This document shows, piece by piece, positions 8,223 to 14,981 of a stretch of 14,981 nucleotides of DNA. The notes beneath the pieces were generated by a model. It worked only from the letters and a program-made list of their open reading frames with translations. It did no database searches and was not told where the DNA came from. Numbering within the stretch: position 1 is the first letter of the stretch; each line of letters opens with the position of its first letter. Made by a program: the position numbers and the translations under genes. The stretch is from Fidelibacterota bacterium. GTDB lineage: Bacteria > Fidelibacterota > Marinisomatia > Marinisomatales > S15-B10. The stretch is from NCBI GenBank assembly GCA_046861655.1, contig JBHIAI010000036.1:1-14981 (forward strand), in the 5' to 3' direction.

Positions 8223-9344
8223 TCAGCCCACCCGGTCCAGCAAGTGGTCTCGGATTCGTTCGGACGCTTTCCCATCCAGTTTGAAAAGCATATCCTTCTT
8301 GTAGGCGTCCCGTTTTCCCTCCGCGGGGAGGCTCTGACTCAGGCTGGAATCCACCGAATCTTTCAGATCATCGGGGTGCTCGAGCCGGGTGCAGAATTCA
8401 GTCACCTCCCTTTCCATTTTCTCACTCAATCGTTTTCTGTACAGCCGGCGGCGAAACAGGCGATGGGAGACTCGCAAACGGTGAAATCGACACAGAATCA
8501 CCGGTTTGTCCAGTGCCATCATTTCAAAGATGGTGGAAGAGGCCTCGGTGATCAGGAGATCGGCAGCCCCGTACAAGGGGACAATGTTGTAGAATTCTGG
8601 AGGCAGGACACGAACGTGGGAAAATCGTCTCTCTGCCTCCTCGACGATCCGTCTCTGGTGTTTCAAGCTTAGCCCCCCGAACTTTTTTCGAAAGTAGACC
8701 CAGGTGTGCAATTTGATGATGAGGTTGAAATCCTGGGTATTCTCTGCCAGCTTCATGCCAAAGGGTTCCACCGAACTCGGATAGAACGTCGGTGCGTAAA
8801 CGATGGTCCTTTTTGTTGAATCCAGGTCGAGTTTGGCCAGAACCGACGGCGGGCTTTCCGTCCGGCCGTTGAAAAGAGGGTCGAGCTTGGCGAAACCGGT
8901 CACTTCCAGGTCCGTTTCGATCCCCTTCTCCCTCAGCTGACGTTTTCGGTAAGGTCCCTCCACGAACCGAAGATCCAGACGGGGATGATTGTCCAGCCAG
9001 TAGGAGGGTTTCACTCCAATTCCATGGTACGCCATCCCCACCAGGGTGGAATCAGGCACAAACGTCTCGAGGGGATACCGGGACCATCCGCAGATGAATA
9101 CCTGGGGCTTCAGGGCCCGAATCTTCCGGGCCCTTTCCGATTCATTCTCAGCGGTTATCACCGGACTTTCCCGGTGGCTGAGGATTCGCTGCACCAGCCG
9201 TTGTTCTTCAGGAAGGTTTGCCGAGGAGGTGGTCAGAAACACGCCGAAACGGTCATCAGATTCAAGCAGATCGATGACAGGATCAAACTGAGGAAGGTGA
9301 TACAGATGGTATGCGTCGAAGACGACAGTAATGGGCGAACTCAT
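8223..9344 (-). CDS. CDP-glycerol glycerophosphotransferase (TagB/TagF-like) family protein, 373 aa
   Basis: Motifs YHGIGVK, TGFAKLD, YAPTF, KLH, ADLLITEASS.IFE..ALDKP, DGKASERI. Clear paralog of 6073..7179. Confidence 0.87.
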   Translation of the reverse strand: MSSPITVVFDAYHLYHLPQFDPVIDLLESDDRFGVFLTTSSANLPEEQRLVQRILSHRESPVITAENESERARKIRALKPQVFICGWSRYPLETFVPDSTLVGMAYHGIGVKPSYWLDNHPRLDLRFVEGPYRKRQLREKGIETDLEVTGFAKLDPLFNGRTESPPSVLAKLDLDSTKRTIVYAPTFYPSSVEPFGMKLAENTQDFNLIIKLHTWVYFRKKFGGLSLKHQRRIVEEAERRFSHVRVLPPEFYNIVPLYGAADLLITEASSTIFEMMALDKPVILCRFHRLRVSHRLFRRRLYRKRLSEKMEREVTEFCTRLEHPDDLKDSVDSSLSQSLPAEGKRDAYKKDMLFKLDGKASERIRDHLLDRVG

Positions 9345-9345
9345 A

Positions 9346-10368
9346 CTACACGAGAAGCGAATCTACGGCATCCTTAACGTCGCTGAAGGTCACCTGTCGA
9401 AGGCATTTGTATTCATAGGGGCACCTCCGAAAACAGTCAGGTCGTCGGCAGGACATTTCTTTGGACAGTGCCACCCGGCGGGAATTCCTTCCGTCGTTCC
9501 AGGTTTCAGCCTTTCCCGGTCCGAAAATCGTGATCGTGGGCACCTTTGCTGCCGTGGCCAGATACTGAATGCCTCCGTTATTCCCGATGTGAAGCGTCGA
9601 CCGGCTCAAAACATGAGCCAGAACCTTCAGCCTGTCAAACTCGATGGCAGCATCGGCCTCATACCTCATAAGACGGCCGACACTTTCCAGGAAATGAGAC
9701 TCTCCTGGGCCACCCACCAAAACAACCTTTTTTCTCCGTTCTCCAATCAAGTAATCAGCGACCCTCGCGTAATCCTCAGAAGGCCACAGTTTCCACCTCC
9801 GCAAACTTACAGGAGCAACAGTTACGAATCCATCCTCCGGGACGATCCCATTGTCAGCAAGTAAATCGTCTCCCTTCTTTCTGGAGGGATCATCGACGAA
9901 AATGTCCAGGTCTGTCCCGTCCGTTTCATCCGCGAGCTCCCTGGCCACTGACAGACGCTCGTCCGCGATGTAGCCGGAAGATTCCCTGGATGAAGGGAGG
10001 GAGCGGTTGTAAGCCCATTTCCGGATCCTCCGGTCGGGACCGAACCGGATCGGTGCACCGCTGAAAAGACTGATTAGGGCACTTCTGGGATTGGCAAGGA
10101 CATCCACGGTCACATCGAAGTCCATCCTGGCCAGCCTGAAGGTCTTGCCCATGAACGCGAACGGGGAATCTTCCGGGTCCAGGGTGAACACACGGTCAAC
10201 GTATGGATTGCCCACCAGGACTTCCTCATATCCCCCGTCGACGACCGCGGTGATCTCGCCCCGGGGATAGGCCTTTTTGAGGGCACGAATCAGGGGGGTA
10301 GTCACCAGGATTTCCCCCACTCTCTTGACAACAAGAATCAAAATCCGGAAGGGATCCTGCCGTATCAT
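9346..10368 (-). CDS. Glycosyltransferase family 9 (LPS heptosyltransferase-like), 340 aa, with atypical catalytic motifs
   Basis: RILI....VGEILVTTPLIRALKKAYP, NPYVD, WKLWP...Y..V, GGPGE, VPTITIFGP and a Cys-rich tail (CRRPDCFRRCP..KC) typical of WaaF-like proteins. Confidence 0.85.
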   Translation of the reverse strand: MIRQDPFRILILVVKRVGEILVTTPLIRALKKAYPRGEITAVVDGGYEEVLVGNPYVDRVFTLDPEDSPFAFMGKTFRLARMDFDVTVDVLANPRSALISLFSGAPIRFGPDRRIRKWAYNRSLPSSRESSGYIADERLSVARELADETDGTDLDIFVDDPSRKKGDDLLADNGIVPEDGFVTVAPVSLRRWKLWPSEDYARVADYLIGERRKKVVLVGGPGESHFLESVGRLMRYEADAAIEFDRLKVLAHVLSRSTLHIGNNGGIQYLATAAKVPTITIFGPGKAETWNDGRNSRRVALSKEMSCRRPDCFRRCPYEYKCLRQVTFSDVKDAVDSLLV

Positions 10369-10383
10369 GAATCTGTTCCGGAC

Positions 10384-11415
10384 CTATTTTTCGAAGGCCT
10401 GGAGAATCGAGTCCACGATCCGGTTGGCGGCCTTTCCATCTCCGAACGGATTCTCGCCATCCCACCGCGGATCATCGTTCGCCCACGAAAAATTCTTTTC
10501 GATTTCAGTCCCCACCACCCGGGCGAGTCCCGCCTCCACACCTTCGGGTCTTTCCGTTTTATCCCGGCAGACCAGCACTCTTTTCCGGTATGCGGCACAC
10601 TCCTCCTGAATGCCCCCGGAGTCGGTGATGACGAACTTTGCCTCACTCAGAAGGCGGAGGAATTCCCGGTATTCCAGCGGTTTCACCACCGCCGTTTTCT
10701 GGAGAAGATTCCGGTGCCGCTGGACTTCGGGATTGGGGTGCATGGGAAACACGAACTCAAGTTCAGGATACGTTCGGGCCAGGTTCTCAATCTGTTGAAA
10801 CATGGATTCCATTCGTTCCCCAAAATTCTCCCGGCGATGGAGAGTGATGACCACTTTCGTGCCGTACCGGACCGGGAAGCCGGATTCAAGGCACACATCC
10901 ACCACCGTGTTTCCGGTGAGAATCGCATTGTCCACTCCCTCCCGGATCAGGTTTTCCAGAGCCCGCTGGGTCGGGGCCCAATGGATGTGGGCGACCCTGG
11001 AGATGATCTGACGGTTGACCTCCTCCGGAAAAGGGGCCCCGGGGTCGTAGGTTCTCAGACCTGCCTCTATGTGGCCCACTTTCGCCTTCTCATAGAATGA
11101 AACCAGTGCCACAGCCATGGCTGTGACGGTGTCCCCCTGAACGATGACAATGTCGGGAGCGGCCTCCTGAACGAGAGGCCTGAATCTGGCCGCCACCTGG
11201 GCCAGGACCCGGGCCGGGGACTGGTTTTCTTCCATGATCTCCAGGTTGAAATCCGGTGCCGGAATCAGTGCCTGAACGTAGTGAAAAAGTTCGTGGTGTT
11301 GACCCGTAAGAACGGAGGTGAAAGAAATCTTCCGCCGGGACAGTTCGGACAGGGTCGAGGCCACCTTGATAACTTCGGGACGGGTCCCAAAGCACACCAT
11401 CACCCTGGGCTTCAT
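10384..11415 (-). CDS. wecB: UDP-N-acetylglucosamine 2-epimerase (non-hydrolysing), 343 aa
   Basis: GTRPE.IK, TGQH, QGDT, HIEAGLRT, PFPEE.NR, GNT..D, TLHRREN, TDSGGIQEE, TERPE, NPFGDG. Confidence 0.95.
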   Translation of the reverse strand: MKPRVMVCFGTRPEVIKVASTLSELSRRKISFTSVLTGQHHELFHYVQALIPAPDFNLEIMEENQSPARVLAQVAARFRPLVQEAAPDIVIVQGDTVTAMAVALVSFYEKAKVGHIEAGLRTYDPGAPFPEEVNRQIISRVAHIHWAPTQRALENLIREGVDNAILTGNTVVDVCLESGFPVRYGTKVVITLHRRENFGERMESMFQQIENLARTYPELEFVFPMHPNPEVQRHRNLLQKTAVVKPLEYREFLRLLSEAKFVITDSGGIQEECAAYRKRVLVCRDKTERPEGVEAGLARVVGTEIEKNFSWANDDPRWDGENPFGDGKAANRIVDSILQAFEK

Positions 11416-11433
11416 GGAATCCTCTCACGCAGA

Positions 11434-13284
11434 TCAAGCACGGGAGGCCAACACTCGGGCATTCGGTCCGAACTGAGCTTCGTACAGTCTTCCGTAGTAC
11501 CCGTTCCTTTTCAAGAGCTCTTCGTGCGTGCCTGACTCCACAATCCGGCCCTCCTTCAATACGATGATCCGGTCCGCGTTCAGAACGGTGGAAAGGCGGT
11601 GGGCAATAACAAACACGGTCCGGGCCCACATGAGCCTGTCGATGGCTTCCTGAACCTTTTTCTCCGATTCTGTGTCCAGGGAGGAGGTGGCCTCATCCAG
11701 GATGAGTATGGGGGGATTCTTGAGTAGGGACCGGGCGATGGCGATACGCTGACGCTGACCCCCTGAAAGCATGACGCCCCTTTCGCCAATCACGGTTTCG
11801 AATCCCTCGGGCTGGTCCTCAATGAACTCGAGAGCGTTGGCTGCCATTGCCGCCTCACGAATCCTCTCCGCATCCGTATCCAGCTCCCCGTAGGAAATAT
11901 TGCTCTCAATGGTGTCGTTGAACAGGATGGTCTCCTGGGGCACGATGCCCATCAGCTGCCTCAGCGACTTCAACCGGATGTTCCGGACGTCCACACCATC
12001 CAGGGTAACTGCACCATCATTCACATCATAGAACCGTGGAATGAGATCGGCGACGGTCGACTTGCCCGCACCGCTTTCCCCCACCACCGCAACCACATCC
12101 CCCTTCTTGATCTCAAAGGAAATGTTCTTGAGAACCTTTTCATTCCCTCCATCATAGGAAAAGGAGACATTTTCGAACCGGATGGATTCTTTGAACTCAG
12201 AGACTTCCAGGGCGTCTTCCGCTTCCACGATTGTTCTGGGTGCGTCCAGGACGGAAAACACCCGTTCGGCCGAAGCCATGGCCGATTGAATATCCTGGGC
12301 CACCGTGTTGAGACCTTTGATGGGATTCAGAATCGCAAAGAGCAGCAGAATAAACCGAATGAAATCTTCCGGATCCATGGTCTGGTGAAGAAGGACCTCC
12401 GAACCCCCGATCCACAGCAGGATCACCCCCATGGTTACACCCATGATTTCAGTCACCGGCGTGGAAGCATACCGGAGACCAAACTGCCGCCGTAACAATC
12501 GATAGTGCCGGGCCGTTTCCCTCCTGAATCGTCTCCGCTCCACCCGTTCGGTTACGAACGCCTTGACGATCCGGATACCGCTCAGGGTCTCCTGAAGGAT
12601 GGACACGATCCCGGAAATCTGTTTCGATGAGCGCATGGCCTTCCGGCGAAGGCTCCTTCCCACGAAGGTGATGAGAACAGCAGCCACGGGAAGAATCAGC
12701 CCGGCGGCAAGGGTCAATTTCCAGTTGATGAGGAATAACAAGATCGCAAACGTAAGGATGTTGATGGGCTCCACGAACAGTTTGTGAAAGCTGACCGACA
12801 GGGACCGTCGAATTGCGTTGACGTCATGCAGAACAATGGATGTCAGTTCACCGGAACGAGTTCGGTCGAAAAAGGAAAGGGACAATCCTGTCAGATGATC
12901 GAATATCTTGTTCCTCATATCCCGGATGACATGAAACTGGACGATTCCCATCAGGACATTCTTGATGTACAGGAAAAAATTCTTCAGGAAAAAGATGAGA
13001 AAGATGACCGTGCACAGGGCCTTCAGGGTGTCTATGGGTGTGTCTTTCAGGACCAGTAGATTGGTCCACATTTTCAACGTTTCATTGGCGGATCTGACCG
13101 TGGATGTTTCCAGGGCCAGCTGGTTTTCTACCACGGTCTGAAAATCGGTCAGGATGTTGTTGATCAGGGATGCCGTCACCCACACGGAAAGGGAATTGAA
13201 AAAGACGTACACAACCGAAGCAATCACCGAGAAGATGACGAAATGCCAGTAGGGCTTAACCAGTTTCAACACCCGGGTGTACAT
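11434..13284 (-). CDS. msbA: MsbA-like ABC exporter (fused TMD and NBD), 616 aa
   Basis: N-terminal transmembrane helices. Walker A GESGAGKS, Q-loop IVPQE, signature LSGGQRQR, Walker B ILILDEATS, H-loop IAHRLS. It sits in an LPS/surface-glycan operon. The lipid A substrate is inferred, not shown. Confidence 0.85.
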   Translation of the reverse strand: MYTRVLKLVKPYWHFVIFSVIASVVYVFFNSLSVWVTASLINNILTDFQTVVENQLALETSTVRSANETLKMWTNLLVLKDTPIDTLKALCTVIFLIFFLKNFFLYIKNVLMGIVQFHVIRDMRNKIFDHLTGLSLSFFDRTRSGELTSIVLHDVNAIRRSLSVSFHKLFVEPINILTFAILLFLINWKLTLAAGLILPVAAVLITFVGRSLRRKAMRSSKQISGIVSILQETLSGIRIVKAFVTERVERRRFRRETARHYRLLRRQFGLRYASTPVTEIMGVTMGVILLWIGGSEVLLHQTMDPEDFIRFILLLFAILNPIKGLNTVAQDIQSAMASAERVFSVLDAPRTIVEAEDALEVSEFKESIRFENVSFSYDGGNEKVLKNISFEIKKGDVVAVVGESGAGKSTVADLIPRFYDVNDGAVTLDGVDVRNIRLKSLRQLMGIVPQETILFNDTIESNISYGELDTDAERIREAAMAANALEFIEDQPEGFETVIGERGVMLSGGQRQRIAIARSLLKNPPILILDEATSSLDTESEKKVQEAIDRLMWARTVFVIAHRLSTVLNADRIIVLKEGRIVESGTHEELLKRNGYYGRLYEAQFGPNARVLASRA

Positions 13285-13287
13285 GGA

Positions 13288-13740
13288 TTACTTTCCTGAG
13301 GCCTTCACTCTGGCAGGAGAGCGGTAGATCATTCTTCTATGTGAAATACCGGCTTCCTTGAACGGCTTTTCCACACAGGCGAATCCGTATTTCTCATAGA
13401 AAGAAATGACTGAGGTTTGGGCGTGAAGATAAATCTGGTCCCCGTTGGTGACCCTGTTCAGAATGAACATCAAGATTGCCTTTCCGATTCCCTTTCCCCG
13501 CATGGCTGCCGGGACGGCAAAGCGCTCCAGCTTTATTCCCTTTTCTGTTTTCCTCCACCGGGCTGTGCCCACGGGTTTGCCGTCCAACCAGGCCAGGGCA
13601 TGGGAGGCAGCACCATCATGGCTGTCCATTTCAATTTCCTCCGGGACGGATTGTTCCTCGATAAATACCTCCCTGCGAATAGCAAGGGCGTGCTGAACTT
13701 CCTCATCCGACTCAGCCACCTTTACATGGACCCGGCTCAA
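13288..13740 (-). CDS. GNAT N-acetyltransferase (ElaA/YjcF-like), 150 aa, TTG start
   Basis: IRREVFIEEQ.VP, GTARW, acetyl-CoA motif RGKGIG, YLHAQ, FYEKYGF, F.EAGI.H..M. Confidence 0.9.
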   Translation of the reverse strand: MSRVHVKVAESDEEVQHALAIRREVFIEEQSVPEEIEMDSHDGAASHALAWLDGKPVGTARWRKTEKGIKLERFAVPAAMRGKGIGKAILMFILNRVTNGDQIYLHAQTSVISFYEKYGFACVEKPFKEAGISHRRMIYRSPARVKASGK

Positions 13741-13821
13741 CTGCTATCTCTTTCTGATGATGGAAGGTACTCAAGAATCGCCGTTCTTCTCCAATTCATG
13801 TGCTCCCGATGCACCGGCCTG

Positions 13822-13925
13822 GTCATTCGGAGGGGGGGAGCGACCGAAGAATCTCAAGCCTGGATGAAGGAACAAATGTCTGAGATTCTTCATCGCCCCG
13901 CTCCGGCGGGGCTCCTCAGAATGAC
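13822..13925. repeat. 104-bp nested palindromic element (REP/RPE-like)
   Basis: Terminal IR GTCATTCgGAGG (13822-13833) / CCTCaGAATGAC (13914-13925), 11 of 12 matching. Inner perfect IR GAAGAATCTCA (13846-13856) / TGAGATTCTTC (13881-13891). Side hairpin GCCCCGC-TCCG-GCGGGGC (13895-13912). Confidence 0.75.
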
Positions 13926-14078
13926 AACAAAAAAAGGGTTGACGGGTTCCTCAGATTGGACAAACTATGTTCTGTCAGGACCGTCACGTTCACAGAACTT
14001 GCAACCAGATCGCACAAGACCAACGTTGATAAATGTATTACTCTAAAAGGAAGAATTCATTATTTTTGCTCTGGAGAG

Positions 14079-14444
14079 ATGAAAATCGGAAAAAGGCGCA
14101 TCATCGTAGTGGGAGACAGGCTTCTCATCCGGCCGGATGAAGCCTCGGAAAAGAGTCCGGCCGGTCTCTATCTTCCGCCCACAGTTCGCGAAAAAGAAGA
14201 CGTCTGGGGTGGCGTGGTGGTGGAAGTGGGTCCGGGTATTCCCCTATCGGAACCTTCCAACGTTGAGGAAGAACCCTGGAGGACCGACACGGAAAACATA
14301 AAGTACATTCCCACCCAGGCCGAGACGGGGGATTACGCCCTTTTTCTAAAGAAAGCGGCTGTGGAGATCAACTTCGAGAGCAAAAAGTTCCTTATCGTCC
14401 CCCAGGCCGCCATCCTGGTCCTGGTCAGAGAAGAAATCGGCTGA
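14079..14444 (+). CDS. Co-chaperonin GroES family protein (divergent orphan), 121 aa; start revised to ATG 14079
   Basis: VGDRLLIRP, mobile-loop-like EKSPAGLYLP, GVVVEVGPG, GD..LF, and a C-terminal I.F....FLIV....IL pattern. GGAG at 14073-14076 (short spacing). The extension from 13956 is AT-rich and not GroES-like. Confidence 0.82.
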   Translation: MKIGKRRIIVVGDRLLIRPDEASEKSPAGLYLPPTVREKEDVWGGVVVEVGPGIPLSEPSNVEEEPWRTDTENIKYIPTQAETGDYALFLKKAAVEINFESKKFLIVPQAAILVLVREEIG

Positions 14445-14475
14445 ATCTCCCGATTCCCACCCTAAACATCCATGT

Positions 14476-14981
14476 TTATCCAGAAGTTTCCGGAAGCACC
14501 TGGAGAATCGTCTCTTCCTTGAACGGTTGGAAGGACTTCAGCCCGATCCGGCTGTACAGGTGAGGCGGAACACCGATGTCGGCCACATAAAGATCTCCCG
14601 TATACCGACTGGAAGAGGCTTTCATCAACCCGGTCTTGGGCAGCGCCAGAGTCATAGTGGCTCTGGCGGCAATGCAGTCTCCGGGGACATTCCCGGTGGT
14701 GGAATCCAGACCGGATGGGACGTCCAGAGACAGGATGGCCCCATTGCCCGATTCCAGAATCTCCCCGATAACTTGAGCCTGCCGGCCCCGGGGGGTGCCT
14801 GATAATCCGTAACCCAGTATGGCGTCCACGATGAGGTCCGCCTCTCTGAACCGGTCTTCGGGCGTTTGGGTACCGGAGTAAACCCGGTCCGTGGGAAGGA
14901 GCTTTAGTGTCTTCCACCGTTTTGCCGGGACCGGTTTGAGACGGGATTCTTCCCCGGCCAGCACCGCGGAAACTTCGATCC
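14476..14981 (-). CDS. nnrE: NAD(P)H-hydrate epimerase (YjeF_N domain), 5'-truncated by the window edge
   Basis: ADLIVDAILGYG, LSLDVPSG.D..TG, ATMTLALPKTGL, GDLYVADIGVP. The frame stays open to the window end. Confidence 0.88.
   Translation of the reverse strand, partial: IEVSAVLAGEESRLKPVPAKRWKTLKLLPTDRVYSGTQTPEDRFREADLIVDAILGYGLSGTPRGRQAQVIGEILESGNGAILSLDVPSGLDSTTGNVPGDCIAARATMTLALPKTGLMKASSSRYTGDLYVADIGVPPHLYSRIGLKSFQPFKEETILQVLPETSG

Noticed and set aside
13926..13971. Sigma70 promoter: A-tract plus TTGACG (13939-13944)
   Set aside because: The -35 is good, but the -10 candidates are either weak (CAAACT, 16-nt spacer) or mis-spaced (TATGTT, 21-nt spacer), so it cannot be called confidently.
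13956..14078. 41-aa N-terminal extension of the GroES-like ORF
   Set aside because: AT-rich, promoter-like sequence with no GroES similarity. Homology begins after ATG 14079.
1..14981. CRISPR array, tRNA/rRNA, transposase, integrase or defence system
   Set aside because: I saw no regularly spaced direct repeats, cloverleaf or rRNA-like stretches, or such protein motifs. Nearly all of the sequence is explained by the listed CDSs.

Overview
Bacterial chromosomal window using the standard code (TGA also acts as a normal stop here). The host is a diderm; an FCB-group affiliation is only a guess from the orphan GroES-like gene. Left end: the two annotated ORFs 13..609 and 625..2445 are really one 810-aa heterodisulfide-reductase subunit A fused to an MvhD domain. 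An in-frame TGA at 607-609 sits in the conserved CxxC position (CSI-U) and is followed by a bacterial SECIS-like hairpin, so this is a probable selenoprotein. Next come a 51-aa CxxC/CxxC zinc-ribbon ORF missed by the ORF track and a translationally coupled stand-alone GAF protein. These converge on citrate synthase at a terminator. A universal stress protein is transcribed divergently from citrate synthase. A tight minus-strand operon (13740 to 5345) encodes GNAT, an MsbA-like ABC exporter, WecB, a GT9 glycosyltransferase with altered catalytic motifs, three tandem TagB/TagF-like phosphotransferases and a LicC/PntC-like cytidylyltransferase. This looks like a cell-surface glycan phospho-decoration pathway. 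Right end: a palindromic REP-like element, an orphan GroES-family gene and a partial stand-alone NAD(P)H-hydrate epimerase.
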